Source: Deinococcus sp.
GTDB lineage: Bacteria; Deinococcota; Deinococci; Deinococcales; Deinococcaceae
Length of the DNA stretch: 64,000 bases
Direction: 5' to 3'
Assembly (NCBI GenBank): GCA_965261005.1
Contig: OZ253375.1
Span: 800,001-864,000 of the forward strand
A program made the position numbers and the translations under genes. A model generated the notes under the pieces. The model did not search any database, was not told where the DNA came from, and was given only the letters and a program-made list of their open reading frames with translations. This document shows, piece after piece, positions 1 through 12,801 of this stretch. Each line of letters opens with the position of its first letter. Position 1 is the first letter of the stretch.

Positions 1-854
1 GCCCCCTCGCACAGGGCGGCCCCCTCGCGCAGCAGCTTGTGTGGGCCGCCCGAGAGCAACTCGCCGGGACGGCCCGGCACCGCGAACACCTGCCGCCCGC
101 ATTCCACGGCGGCGGCGGCGGTGATCATGGCGCCAGAGGTGACGGCGCCCTCGACGATCACGCTCGCAGCCGACAGGGCCGCGATAATCCGGTTCCGACC
201 CGGAAAATTGTGCGCGGCCGGCGAGGTCCCGATGGGATGTTCGCTCAGGACGGCCATGCGCGCCGCGAGGGCGCGGTTTTCGGCGGGGTACACGATGTTG
301 ACCCCGCTCGCCATCACGCCGATGGTGGGGGCGCCGCCCTCCAGGGCCGCTTGGTGGGCGGCGGTGTCGATGCCGCGCGCCAAGCCCGAGACGATGACCA
401 CGCCCGAGCGCGCGAGGTCCAGGGCCAGCTTGCGGGTGAAGGTCAGCGCGGGGGCGCTGGCTTGCCGCGTGCCCACAATACCGACCGCGCGCGGCACCAC
501 CGCCAGCTCGGGCAGCTCGCCGCGCAGCCACAGCACCGCCGGCGGGTCGCTGAGGGCCTCCAGCGCCGCCGGGTAGCCGTCCAGCCCGCGCCCCAGCAAG
601 CGGACCCCCGACTTGACGGCGCGCTCCACCTCCAAACGGGCGCGCGTCAGCGTCTCCGGCGCCCCGACCTTGCCCGCCGAGCGGGCGTCGAGGCCGGGTA
701 CCTCACGCACTTGCGCCGGCGTGGCGTGGAGGGCCGCCCCCGCCCCGCCGAAGTGCCGCCGTAAGCTCTCGGTGCGCAGCGGCCCCAGCCCCGGCGTGAA
801 GCGCAAGGCCAGCAGGGCGGTCAGTTCGTCAGTCTGGGCGTCAAGGAGCGTCAT
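1..854 (-). CDS. dprA: DNA-processing protein DprA; 3' end runs off the window start and the ORF is not in the track
   Basis: Manual translation from ATG at 854 gives [25 protein letters not shown]...VGIVGTR...[13 protein letters not shown]...[13 protein letters not shown]...VFAVPG, the diagnostic DprA motifs. Confidence 0.93.
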   Translation of the reverse strand, partial: MTLLDAQTDELTALLALRFTPGLGPLRTESLRRHFGGAGAALHATPAQVREVPGLDARSAGKVGAPETLTRARLEVERAVKSGVRLLGRGLDGYPAALEALSDPPAVLWLRGELPELAVVPRAVGIVGTRQASAPALTFTRKLALDLARSGVVIVSGLARGIDTAAHQAALEGGAPTIGVMASGVNIVYPAENRALAARMAVLSEHPIGTSPAAHNFPGRNRIIAALSAASVIVEGAVTSGAMITAAAAVECGRQVFAVPGRPGELLSGGPHKLLREGAALCEG

Positions 855-897
855 AGGTGGCAGTGTAGCGGGGGCGGGGGCGCTCACCGCGCGCACA

Positions 898-1881
898 TCA
901 GCGTGGGGCCGGGGGCGGCGTCCAGCCGAACACCGCCACGCCGGAAAAGCCGAGGGCGCGCACTTGGTCTGTCTGCTCGGACAGCGCGGCGTAGCCCTCC
1001 CCCACCCGGACGCCCGGCCACACCGAACCGTTCCGCGCGAAGCCGAACAGGCCAATCGGGTACAGCCCGCTCAATTCCCGTGGCAGGTAGAACATCGGCA
1101 TGGCGACCTGAAGGCCGCGCCAAGCGCGCCAATCTTGCAGCGGGTCGTTGCCTTGGTACACGGCGGCGCTGACCAGGCCGCGCCCGCCTGCGCCCCGGTA
1201 GGCGGCGATCAGGCGGTTCGCCAGGGCCGTCACAGCGTCCCGGCGCAGCGCCCGCCAGCGCTGTACGTTCTCATCGTCCCCCGGCCGCAGGGTGCGCGCG
1301 TCCAGGCCGGTGTGGTCCTCGAAGACCCTGAGCAGCGCCGGGTCGTAGCCGAACTCGGCCTCGCGCGGGTAGCGCAGGTAGTCGAGGTGCAGACCCGCCG
1401 CCGGGTAGCCCAGCGCCACCTCACGCACCAGCGCCTCCAACACGTTCCCCACCCCCTGCTCGGCGGGGCTGACGAAGCCCAAGTCGCTCAGCTCCAAGCT
1501 GGTCTGTCCCGCCGCCGTGCGGGTGGCCCACGCGTCCCGCCACAACGGCGTCACCGGCACCCCGAACTTGGCGGCCGGGCGCCAGTACAGCGTCTCGAAC
1601 CACACGTTGACGTTCAGCCCCTCACGCTGGCCGACCTTGAGGGCCGTGTCGAGGGCGTCGTATCTCGTCTTCATGGGCGCGACCCGGCTCGGCCAGATTG
1701 CCGCGCCGTGATAGAAGCCCTCCAGCAGCACGTCGGTGAAGCCCGCCCGCTTGGCGGCGACCAAAGTTCGCTCCAGCTCGGCGGCGCTGCCCGGCGGGCG
1801 CAGCCAGAAAGCAGTACGGGCGGGACCAGTAGGGGCGCAGGACGTGAGCAGCACGAGCAAACAGGTGAGCAGTGGGCGCAT
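898..1881 (-). CDS. Lipoprotein, GHL10/DUF187 glycosyl hydrolase-like family
   Basis: Signal peptide with lipobox LLTSC after ATG 1881; [10 protein letters not shown] motif; YDALD...GLNVNVWF. The longer track start overlaps the tmRNA. Confidence 0.75.
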   Translation of the reverse strand: MRPLLTCLLVLLTSCAPTGPARTAFWLRPPGSAAELERTLVAAKRAGFTDVLLEGFYHGAAIWPSRVAPMKTRYDALDTALKVGQREGLNVNVWFETLYWRPAAKFGVPVTPLWRDAWATRTAAGQTSLELSDLGFVSPAEQGVGNVLEALVREVALGYPAAGLHLDYLRYPREAEFGYDPALLRVFEDHTGLDARTLRPGDDENVQRWRALRRDAVTALANRLIAAYRGAGGRGLVSAAVYQGNDPLQDWRAWRGLQVAMPMFYLPRELSGLYPIGLFGFARNGSVWPGVRVGEGYAALSEQTDQVRALGFSGVAVFGWTPPPAPR

Positions 1882-1948
1882 GGCCCAGTATCGCAGTGTG
1901 CCGGGGGAACGGTCTTTTCTTCCTGTTCTGCTACTCTGTTTCTCGCCT

Positions 1949-2300
1949 GGGGACGATCCGGTTTCGACGGAAGTGCTCGATGGCGATGTGGCGAGCCGAG
2001 GTGCCGTTGGCCTCGTTAAAAAGCGGCAAGCCATTTAACTGGCAACCAAGAACAAACTCTTGCTCTCGCTGCATAAGTGAGGCCGCGACCGTGAAGCCCG
2101 GCCATTGGCGTCACGCAAGCGAACAAAAGATGGCTAGTCAAAGCTGACGTCCCGTAAGCTTTGGCGAAATGAACGGGAATGGGTCTGAAGGCAGCGCGTT
2201 CGTGGGCGGCCCAGGACCGACATAAAAAGCGCGAACTACGCTCGTAGATGCACGCCGGACAGGTTTTCGGATGGCGGTTCGACTCCGCCCGTCTCCACCA
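1949..2300 (+). ncRNA. ssrA: tmRNA; tag (A)GNQEQTLALAA encoded at 2041-2076
   Basis: 5' GGGGACGATCCGGTTTCGAC; 3' T-arm GGCGGTTCGACTCCGCC followed by GTCTCCACCA; TTAACT precedes the resume codon; tag ends ALAA-stop. Confidence 0.97.
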
Positions 2301-2302
2301 GC

Positions 2303-2333
2303 AAGCGCCCCGCACATGCGGGGCGCTTTTATT
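2303..2333 (+). terminator. Intrinsic terminator after ssrA, probably bidirectional
   Basis: AAGCGCCCCGCA-CA-TGCGGGGCGCTTTT between convergent genes. Confidence 0.85.
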
Positions 2334-2345
2334 CACTCCTTTGCT

Positions 2346-5300
2346 CTAGTTACACAGCTCGGCTTGGCACAGCTCCATCTCAGCATACTGACGTGGCTTC
2401 GTGCCGTTGGCCCGTACCTGAATCTTCATGGTGACGGCGCCGCCCGAGATGTAATAGCCGCCGCTCCCCGCGCGCAAGGCTTCCAAGCTGGCGACAGGCT
2501 TGAGGGGAGTAGAGGAGCGGAAATGGTCGCGGTACACGAAGGGTGTTCCGCTGAAGGGAACGCTGACGATCACCCAGTCGTCGATCTGACGTCCCTGGAT
2601 GGACACCCGCAGCTTGGCGGGCGAACCGTTGCCAAAGCGAGCAGCGTAGCTGCGCCCCAGCATGGTCATGGCGTAAAACTGATGGTTGGGACCGGGCTTT
2701 GGCACACCCCACAGCTGAAAGCTGGGCTGGTTGCCGTCTCCGCGTGTGACCTTGAGGCCGCCCAATTCGGACAGCGTGTTTGAGAAGTTCTCGAAGTGGA
2801 CCTGCGTGTAGGTGTTGTCGCAGATTTGGGCGTTCCAGTCGGGCTTGGCGCGGCAGTGAGCGTCCACCAAGAACGGGTCGTTCATGACCACGCTGGTGCC
2901 CGCCGTGCCGGTCACGCTGCCGTCGAGATCTTGAAAGACCGCCGCGCGATAAGAATCCTCGCTGCCCTCACGGCCAGCCACCTTTTCGCCTCCGGGATCG
3001 CTGCGCGACTCGAAGAAGGCGGGAGTCGCGTTCACAAACTTTGCCTGCGCCGCGTAGTTCTGGGCGTTGATGGAAAAGGGCGTGAAACGGTTGTAGGCCA
3101 GGGCGCTGGCCTGCCGCTGCGCGTTCGGGGCGAAGTTGACAAAGGTCACGCCCCGCGCGCCCACCTTGCCGTCGTAAAACTCGAAGCCACGAATGGGAAA
3201 GCCGGGGCTATAAGGCATCGGCAGGCTGCGCCCACCCACGCCCTTGGTTTCGTAGCTTTTCGGCTGGCCCAGGTTGGCACTTTCGCCCACCATCAGGCCG
3301 CCCGACATCTCGGTGTTGCTGGCGGCAAAGGTCACGCCGCGCGCGTTGTCGGCCAAGGCCGCGTCCTTCAGGGTCAGGTTGGTGCCGCGCAGCCAAACGC
3401 CACGCTGGCGGTTTTTGTAGGAGGTCAGACTCTCGAAGGTGGCCGGCGCCGAGGCGGCTGAGGGTTGGCCTTGGGCGCGCGGATTGTAGCGCGTGACTTC
3501 CTTTTCCCCAGTGACACTGTTGGGGCCGTTATCCACGTTGAGGCCGACATTGCCGTTGGAGTGCGTCACATTGCCGACGAAGCCGCCCAGCGGCGTGAGG
3601 CGCGGCCAGACGTTCGCGCCCGCCGCCGCCGACAAACCGAGCGGGTGCTCGGGCAGGGCGTACCAAAAGCCGGTGCCTTCTGAACCGCCCGCCACGTTGC
3701 CGCGCAGCACGTTGGCCGGGTTGGTGATCCAAAAGGTCGCCGGGTCGCTGTCGGTGGGCAGCAACTGCACGCTCTTGTCGGGCCTTTTGGTCAGCAGCCC
3801 CAAGTTTCCCGTCAGCGTGTTGCCCGTTTCCGCGCCGTCCTCCATAAAGTAGCAGTGCCCAACGGTGTTGTACGCGACGTTGTTCTCGATGTTCAGCTTG
3901 TTGGTGCCGTGAATGGTCAGGCAGCGGTTGTACAGGTCGTGCAAGCTGCTGTTCTTGACATAAGACGTGGGGGCGTCGCCCATCATGTGAAAGTGAATCG
4001 GGTAGCGCCTCACGAACCCCTGCTGGCCCATGTGGGTCAGCTCCACCGACGACAGCCGCCCTTGCGCGCCCATCATCAGCATAATCTGCCCGCCAAAGCT
4101 GGTCTCAACCGAGCTGTCGTCGCCTTGCACCACCACGTTGTGGGTCAGCAGGCCCACCTCGGCGCGCTCGTCGAGGGCCTGGCCGCTCAGCGTTTGCAAG
4201 TCGCCGTAGTGCCCGTTCTTCAGAGGCGCTTCCAGCGTCACGACCGCGCCACTCACGCTCTTGACCGTCGCCGTCTCGGCTTGGCGCATGTCGTAGTCAG
4301 TCGAGGCCAGCACGATCCGGTCGCCCGGCTGCCAATTCGGCGCCGCCGCAAGGGTGAGCTGAGCGTCCCCGATTCGCACGCTCTTGGCGAGCCGGGTCCA
4401 GTTCAGGCGCGGCTGGCCGTGCAGTTCCAAGGTGCCGCCCATCACGCCCAGCACCTTGTTGCCCATGTTCATGCCGGTCGCGTCGATGTCGCCTCCCGCA
4501 CCGGTCAGCGTGATGACCGCCTTGTGCCCGAAGGGGGCCGTCTCGCCGCCCACCTGCAGCTTGCCATGCACCAGAATCCACTTCGCGCTCAGGTTCAGGT
4601 CCTTTTCCGCAAAAGTCAGCGTGCCGTCCACCTTGAGGCTGCCCAGCTTCACGTCCCGATCGAGCACCACCGTCTTGCCCGCCGGCACCGTCACGTCGGC
4701 CCCTTCGGCCGGTACTTGGCCGCCCCACGTCGCCGGATCGGACCAGTTCTGTCCGCCGCCAGCCCCGCAGCTGAGCCGCGCGTCCGCCCAATCGGCGTGG
4801 TCCCACCAGTTGTTGTCACCGGCGTCACTCACCACCAGCTTGAGCTGCTTCACGCCGCCGAGCGACACGTTCAGCGGCTTGGCGGGCGTGTCCGAGTGCA
4901 TCACGCCGGAATTGAACAGCTCCTTGCCGTCGCCCATCACCTTGAACACGGCCGAGCCGTAGCCCTTGGCCCGCATCTCCGGGGTGTACCATGCTTGCGC
5001 CTTGATCTCGTCGTCGAGGCCTACCTCAGCGCTGAGGGCGGAACAGCGGCCGTCCAGGGTGTAGGTGACCTCGCTGCCCGCGTGGACGCCCAGCCCTTTT
5101 TGATACGTCTTGCCGCCGATGCTGAGGGTATGTCCGTCGCCGGCGGCGATCTCGCCGTTGCTCTTGTCCCTTTCTATGGGTCCCCAGCCGCTGCTGGCGC
5201 CGCTCCACGCCAGCGCCGAAAGCGGCGTGTCCCCGGAGACGGTGAGCGGCTGGAGGGTTGGCTTGGCGTCGCTCCAAGGATGGGGGCCGCTCAGATAGGG

Positions 5301-5417
5301 ATTCTCTGTCGCGGGCGCGGCGGGCTGTTTCGGCCCACCACAAGCGCCCAGCGCGAGCGTCAAGCCGAGCGCGGCGCAGGCGAGCGGCCAAGGACGTGGG
5401 GACAACGGTGCGGTCAT
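2346..5417 (-). CDS. Lipoprotein with NPCBM/NEW2 domain, G8 domain and TMEM2/CEMIP-like beta-helix
   Basis: Lipobox LGAC; NPCBM (GWGPIERDKSNGE...KGLGVHA...DHADWADARL); G8 start WSDPATWGG; RAEVGLLTHN, RYPIHFH, RCLTIHGT, GHCYFMEDG; GGAGG RBS before ATG 5417. Confidence 0.85.
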   Translation of the reverse strand: MTAPLSPRPWPLACAALGLTLALGACGGPKQPAAPATENPYLSGPHPWSDAKPTLQPLTVSGDTPLSALAWSGASSGWGPIERDKSNGEIAAGDGHTLSIGGKTYQKGLGVHAGSEVTYTLDGRCSALSAEVGLDDEIKAQAWYTPEMRAKGYGSAVFKVMGDGKELFNSGVMHSDTPAKPLNVSLGGVKQLKLVVSDAGDNNWWDHADWADARLSCGAGGGQNWSDPATWGGQVPAEGADVTVPAGKTVVLDRDVKLGSLKVDGTLTFAEKDLNLSAKWILVHGKLQVGGETAPFGHKAVITLTGAGGDIDATGMNMGNKVLGVMGGTLELHGQPRLNWTRLAKSVRIGDAQLTLAAAPNWQPGDRIVLASTDYDMRQAETATVKSVSGAVVTLEAPLKNGHYGDLQTLSGQALDERAEVGLLTHNVVVQGDDSSVETSFGGQIMLMMGAQGRLSSVELTHMGQQGFVRRYPIHFHMMGDAPTSYVKNSSLHDLYNRCLTIHGTNKLNIENNVAYNTVGHCYFMEDGAETGNTLTGNLGLLTKRPDKSVQLLPTDSDPATFWITNPANVLRGNVAGGSEGTGFWYALPEHPLGLSAAAGANVWPRLTPLGGFVGNVTHSNGNVGLNVDNGPNSVTGEKEVTRYNPRAQGQPSAASAPATFESLTSYKNRQRGVWLRGTNLTLKDAALADNARGVTFAASNTEMSGGLMVGESANLGQPKSYETKGVGGRSLPMPYSPGFPIRGFEFYDGKVGARGVTFVNFAPNAQRQASALAYNRFTPFSINAQNYAAQAKFVNATPAFFESRSDPGGEKVAGREGSEDSYRAAVFQDLDGSVTGTAGTSVVMNDPFLVDAHCRAKPDWNAQICDNTYTQVHFENFSNTLSELGGLKVTRGDGNQPSFQLWGVPKPGPNHQFYAMTMLGRSYAARFGNGSPAKLRVSIQGRQIDDWVIVSVPFSGTPFVYRDHFRSSTPLKPVASLEALRAGSGGYYISGGAVTMKIQVRANGTKPRQYAEMELCQAELCN

Positions 5418-5594
5418 GCATCCTCCAGCTTTAATATTCACGAGAAGTCGGGTAGTCGGAAAGCGGCGCTTCTGGGCCGGCGGGCAGACGCCGCGCGGCG
5501 GTTTAACTCAATACCAAGTTTCTCACATACCATTCAGCTTGGCAATCAAGAACGTAGCAGGTTATACAGTTAGACGAAGGCGGCGCGGACGCTC

Positions 5595-5735
5595 TTATAC
5601 AGCTTCCGGAAACCCCGTCAACTTCGTTGACGGGGTTTCCAGCGAAGCGGACGGAAAAAAGATATTTCCCTCTGCGGTCTGGAGCAACGTCGGGCGTTCT
5701 TTCCGCTGTTGAGGAGGTGAGCGGAATCCGTATGA
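5595..5735. repeat. Deinococcus SRE/SNR-type small non-coding repeat, copy A
   Basis: Imperfect terminal inverted repeat TTATACAGCTTCCG / CGGAATCCGTATGA; perfect 15-bp stem at 5608-5640; homologous to 42180-42317. Confidence 0.7.
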
Positions 5736-5788
5736 GAACGGACGCTTTTGAGATTGGTGTCGTTCGGCGCCGCGCGCTAGCTTGAAGC

Positions 5789-6052
5789 ATGACCGGCAAA
5801 CAAGGCCTCGCCTTTACCCTGAGCGGCGTGGACGAGCTGACCTTTTTCAAGATACTGGGCGACGTGACGCGCGATCCCGTCTTCGCACGGCCGCTGCAAG
5901 TGGCGGTGCAGGAACCGAGGGGGGGGCAGCCCGGCAAGCTCACCATCGCCTTTGAGGAAGGGGACCGAACGGCGGCGGTGCGCGCCATGCAGCGGCTCAA
6001 GACGGTGCTGCTGCGCTACGGGGTTCAGGTGGACAGCGTCTCGCCGCCTTGA
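5789..6052 (+). CDS. Small hypothetical protein (87 aa)
   Basis: ATG start, GC3-rich codons, TAGCTT -10-like box just upstream. Confidence 0.7.
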   Translation: MTGKQGLAFTLSGVDELTFFKILGDVTRDPVFARPLQVAVQEPRGGQPGKLTIAFEEGDRTAAVRAMQRLKTVLLRYGVQVDSVSPP

Positions 6053-6197
6053 GTATGATGACGCGACGCGACCGCCCGCACGGGAGTGGTCAGCGGCCGA
6101 AACCAACCGTCGGCAACTTGCGCTGTAAGCGGCGCAGCCGCGCGGGCGCCTGAGATCACTTCCGGGCGCTCCGCCGAAAGGTAGTCATGGAATTTTC

Positions 6198-8807
6198 ATG
6201 GAAGTAGTGACGCGCGTTCCCCCTCACTCCAACGAGGCCGAGGTGTCGGTGCTCGGCTCCATTCTGCTCGACAACGACGCCTTGGTACAGCTGGGGGACA
6301 CCGTCGGCGCGGAGATGTTTTACCGCGAGGGCCACCGCAAGATCTTCACGGCCATGCGCGGCCTCGCGGACCGGGGCGAGCCGGTGGACCTGGTGACCTT
6401 GGCCGAGGAGCTGACCATGCGCGGCCAGCTCGACGAGGTGGGCGGCCTCAGCTATCTGATCGGCCTCTCGGAGCACGTCCCGACCAGCGCCTACGTCGAG
6501 ACCTACGCCCGCTTGGTGCAGGAAAAGTACACCCTGCGCCAACTGATCGGCGCCAGCGGCAAGGTGATGCAGCTCGCCTACGAGGGGCAATTGCCGCTCG
6601 AAGACCTGCTCGACCGCTCGGAAAAGTTGATCTTCGAGGTCGCCGAGCAAAAGCAGGGCGGTGACGTGCAGGCGATGGGTCAGGTGGTCCACGAGACCTT
6701 CGAGTACATCACGCTGCTGCACAACAACAAAGGGATTCCCGACGGGGTGGCGAGCGGATTCCGCGACCTCGACGAGCAGATCAGCGGGATGCAAAAGGGG
6801 AGTCTCAACGTGCTGGCGGCCCGGCCTTCTATGGGAAAGACGGCCTTCGCCCTCTCCATCGCGCAAAACGTCGCCCTGCGCGGCGAGGGCAAGGCGGTCG
6901 CCATCTTCAGCTTGGAGATGCCGGCGGTGCAGCTCGCGCTGCGAATGCTGTGCAGTGAGGCGCGGGTGGACATGAACCGCATTCGCAGCGGGCAGCTCAA
7001 CGAGCGCGACTTCGAGCGGCTGGCGATGGCGGCCGGGCGCCTGGCCGACGCGCCCATGATCATCGACGACGAGCCGGAGCTGACCCTCAACGAGCTGCGC
7101 AGCAAGTGCCGCCGGGTACAGGCCCAGCACGGCGGCCTGGGCTTGATCGTGATCGACTACCTGCAACTGATGAGCGGCAGCAACAGCCGGGGCGGCGGCG
7201 GCGAAAACCGCCAGCAGGAGATCAGCGCCATCTCGCGCGGCCTCAAAGGATTGGCGCGCGAGCTTGAAGTTCCGGTGATGGTGCTGTCGCAATTGTCGCG
7301 CGCTGTGGAGCAGAGGCCGAACCATAGACCGATGCTCTCGGACCTGCGCGAGTGCGTGACGGGCGACACGCTGGTGATGCTGGCGAACGGCCGGCGCGTG
7401 CCGATCAGGGAGTTGGTAGGCGAGCAACCGCGCGTGCTGGCCGTGGAGGGGAGCGGCAAGGTCGTGGAGGCGGACAGCGACCTCGTCTGGGAGGTTGGTC
7501 AGCGGCCCGTTCTTGAACTGCGGACCCGCAGCGGGCGCGCTCTACGCGCGACCGCCGGGCACCGGGTCTACCAACTGGGCGGCTGGACCACGCTGGGCGA
7601 GCTGAAGCCAGGCGACCGGCTGGCCCTCGCGCGCCGTCTGCCCGAACCTCAAAATATCGGTGAGAACTGGAACGACGACCGCCTCGCGCTGCTGGGCCAA
7701 TTAATCAGCGACGGCAGCTATCTGTCGGGCCAACCGCTGCGCTTCACCACGGCGTCGGAGGAGAACAGCGCCTTGGTGAGCCGCGTGGCGCAAGTTGAGT
7801 TCGGCTCGACCGTGACCCGCTACGCCGGGCGCGGGGCGTGGCACCAGCTTCTCATCAGTGGCAACAGCACCCGCTGGAGGCCGGCGGGCGTGAACGCCTG
7901 GCTGCGCGAGCTGGGCATTTTTGGGCAGCGCTCCTTTCAGAAGCGCGTGCCGGGGAGCGTCTTCGCGCTGGGCAACGCGCAGGTGGCCGTGCTGCTGCGC
8001 CATCTGTGGGCCACCGACGGTTGCATCCACCTGCGCGAGAATGGGCCGGCGCGGGTCTACTTCGCCACGGGTGGCGAGGGCCTGGCGCGCGACGTGGCCG
8101 CGCTGCTGTTGCGCTTCGACATTGTGGCGCGCGTCCGCACGGTGCGGCAGGGCGCGTACCGCCCGATGTTCACGGTGGACGTGTCGGGAAGCGAGCAGCA
8201 GCGCCGCTTCCTGGAACAGATCGGCGCCTTCGGGCCGAGAGAAGAGGCGGCGGAACGCTTGCTGGCGGAGCTGCGAACGGCGACCGCCAACCCCAACGTG
8301 GACACCCTGCCGCGCGAGGTGTTCGGCCGGGTACGGGAGCGGATGCGCGAGCGCGGCGTGACGCAGCGGGAGATGGCGCGCTCGCGCGGCATCAGCTATG
8401 GTGGCGCGGCCCACTTCAAGTTCGCGCCGTCCCGGGAGGTGGTCGCCGGCTACGCGGCCCTCTTGGAAGACGACCAGCTGCGCGCCCTGAGCGAGAGCGA
8501 CCTGTTTTGGGACGAGGTCGTCAGCCTCACGCCGTGCGGCGAGGCAACGGTCTACGACCTGACCGTGCCCGGCCCGGCCTCGTGGCTCGCCGACGGGCTG
8601 GTCTGCCACAACTCCGGCGCCATCGAGCAGGACGCGGACATCGTCATGTTCATCTACCGCGATGAGTACTACAACAAGGAGACCGATCAGCAGGGTATCG
8701 CCGAAATCATCATTGGCAAACAGAGAAACGGCCCGGTCGGCACGGTGAAGCTGCAATTTCACAGCGCGCACGTCCGCTTCAACGACCTCGCGCCGGAGGG
8801 CGCGTGA
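6198..8807 (+). CDS. dnaB: Replicative DNA helicase DnaB, intein-containing
   Basis: PPHSNEAE, AARPSMGKT, FSLEM, IVIDYLQLM, LSQLSR, LSDLRE/SGAIEQDAD, KQRNGP. Confidence 0.98.
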   Translation: MEVVTRVPPHSNEAEVSVLGSILLDNDALVQLGDTVGAEMFYREGHRKIFTAMRGLADRGEPVDLVTLAEELTMRGQLDEVGGLSYLIGLSEHVPTSAYVETYARLVQEKYTLRQLIGASGKVMQLAYEGQLPLEDLLDRSEKLIFEVAEQKQGGDVQAMGQVVHETFEYITLLHNNKGIPDGVASGFRDLDEQISGMQKGSLNVLAARPSMGKTAFALSIAQNVALRGEGKAVAIFSLEMPAVQLALRMLCSEARVDMNRIRSGQLNERDFERLAMAAGRLADAPMIIDDEPELTLNELRSKCRRVQAQHGGLGLIVIDYLQLMSGSNSRGGGGENRQQEISAISRGLKGLARELEVPVMVLSQLSRAVEQRPNHRPMLSDLRECVTGDTLVMLANGRRVPIRELVGEQPRVLAVEGSGKVVEADSDLVWEVGQRPVLELRTRSGRALRATAGHRVYQLGGWTTLGELKPGDRLALARRLPEPQNIGENWNDDRLALLGQLISDGSYLSGQPLRFTTASEENSALVSRVAQVEFGSTVTRYAGRGAWHQLLISGNSTRWRPAGVNAWLRELGIFGQRSFQKRVPGSVFALGNAQVAVLLRHLWATDGCIHLRENGPARVYFATGGEGLARDVAALLLRFDIVARVRTVRQGAYRPMFTVDVSGSEQQRRFLEQIGAFGPREEAAERLLAELRTATANPNVDTLPREVFGRVRERMRERGVTQREMARSRGISYGGAAHFKFAPSREVVAGYAALLEDDQLRALSESDLFWDEVVSLTPCGEATVYDLTVPGPASWLADGLVCHNSGAIEQDADIVMFIYRDEYYNKETDQQGIAEIIIGKQRNGPVGTVKLQFHSAHVRFNDLAPEGA
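7353..8612 (+). mobile_element. Intein (420 aa) with LAGLIDADG homing endonuclease, inside dnaB
   Basis: Starts CVTGDT; block B ATAGHR; LAGLIDADG-type motifs LLGQLISDG and LLRHLWATDG; block F VYDLTV; ends VCHN followed by Ser+1; removal restores LRESGAIEQDAD. Confidence 0.96.
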
Positions 8808-9367
8808 CCGCCCCACCCCAACGCCGCCGGCGCCGCCGTGGCGGCAAGCCCGCCGCCAAACCGGCCGCGCCCGCCAAGATCGCCTCGCCTACCCTGCGCA
8901 TCGGCGTGGGCGTGATCGTGCTGCGCGGCGACACGGTGCTGCTGGTGCGCGAGCGCGGGCGCTGGAGTTTGCCCAAGGGCGGGCTGGAGCCGCAGGAACT
9001 GGTCGCCGACGGCGCGAAGCGCGAGGCGCTCGAAGAGACCGGCTTGGAGGTCGAGATTCGCGACCTGGCCTTCACCTTGGAGTTCCACGCGCAAACCTGG
9101 GGACACCACCTTCAGTTCTTCTTCTCGGCGCGCGAGCTGGGCGGCGAACTGGGGCCGCAGGACCCCGACAAGGAGGTGCAGGAGGCGCGCTTCGTGCCCA
9201 TCCGGGAACTCCGCGAGTACGTGCGCTTCCGGCCGCGCCTGTTGTCTTTGGAATCTTGGCTGAAGGAGCGGCGCGCCCGCCATTACCTTTATGACCTCGA
9301 CAAGGAGCCGGCCATGCTGCGTCCCAGACGGCGCGTGACCGTGGTCCCCGGGGGCGACAAGGGCTGA
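8804..9367 (+). CDS. NUDIX hydrolase
   Basis: Nudix box GGLEPQELVADGAKREALEETG; GTGA overlap with dnaB. Confidence 0.9.
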   Translation: MTAPPQRRRRRRGGKPAAKPAAPAKIASPTLRIGVGVIVLRGDTVLLVRERGRWSLPKGGLEPQELVADGAKREALEETGLEVEIRDLAFTLEFHAQTWGHHLQFFFSARELGGELGPQDPDKEVQEARFVPIRELREYVRFRPRLLSLESWLKERRARHYLYDLDKEPAMLRPRRRVTVVPGGDKG

Positions 9368-9419
9368 TCTGAGCCTCAAAAGTTACATTGCTTGAGCGTG
9401 GTCATGTTAAGATGGGGGC

Positions 9420-9677
9420 ATGAAGACTCCCGACGCCCCCAACCCTTATGCCGAGTGGTTCGAGCAGCTGCGCGCCGAGTACGGCGACCAGCTGAACGCC
9501 ATGCCGCTGCCCGACGGTCTGCCCGAACATCTGCGCGACTTGATGGCGCACGGCGACGAGGAGGCCATCCTGTTCATGGTCAAGCTGGCTTGGCAGTTCG
9601 GCGCGCAGGTCGGCTACAGCGCCGCCGCCCAGCAAAGCGGCACGCCGCAGCCGAGGCGCAACAGCGTTCAAGCCTAA
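9420..9677 (+). CDS. ddrH: DdrH-like Deinococcus DNA-damage response protein
   Basis: NPYAEWFEQLR...MPLPDGLPEHLR...KLAWQFGAQVGY resembles Deinococcus DdrH as I recall it (not searched); TAAGAT 6 nt upstream. Confidence 0.65.
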   Translation: MKTPDAPNPYAEWFEQLRAEYGDQLNAMPLPDGLPEHLRDLMAHGDEEAILFMVKLAWQFGAQVGYSAAAQQSGTPQPRRNSVQA

Positions 9678-9692
9678 GCGAGAGAATTTGGA

Positions 9693-9718
9693 AGTCGGCC
9701 CCATGAGGCCGGCTTTTT
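9693..9718 (+). terminator. Intrinsic terminator between ddrH and acs
   Basis: AGTCGGCC-CCATGA-GGCCGGCT-TTTT. Confidence 0.6.
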
Positions 9719-9727
9719 CATGGCCGG

Positions 9728-11659
<1,932 letters not shown>

Positions 11660-11754
11660 GCCCTGTTCCTCCCGGAAGTTGATGTCCGGGTATTCTAGGC
11701 TCGAAAAGCGACCCGCGCCCCAAGCGGGCCGGCCGGCCAAGCTATAACGGAAGC

Positions 11755-12747
<993 letters not shown>

Positions 12748-12801
12748 GGACAAAGTGCTGCGCGGGCGAAACACGGCTAGAATGCCACTTCAGGAGGCCG
12801 C

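Noticed and set aside
5595..5735. CRISPR or REP array
   Set aside because: The elements are single and dispersed, with no repeat-spacer periodicity and no cas genes.
2280..5790. Genomic island integrated at ssrA
   Set aside because: No integrase and no repeated tmRNA 3' end were seen.
6053..6130. TGATGA...CGAAAC...GTC resembling a hammerhead ribozyme core
   Set aside because: It lacks the C of CUGAUGA, and I could not form stems I-III.
9368..9419. RDRM upstream of the ddrH-like gene
   Set aside because: No 17-bp match to the consensus was found.
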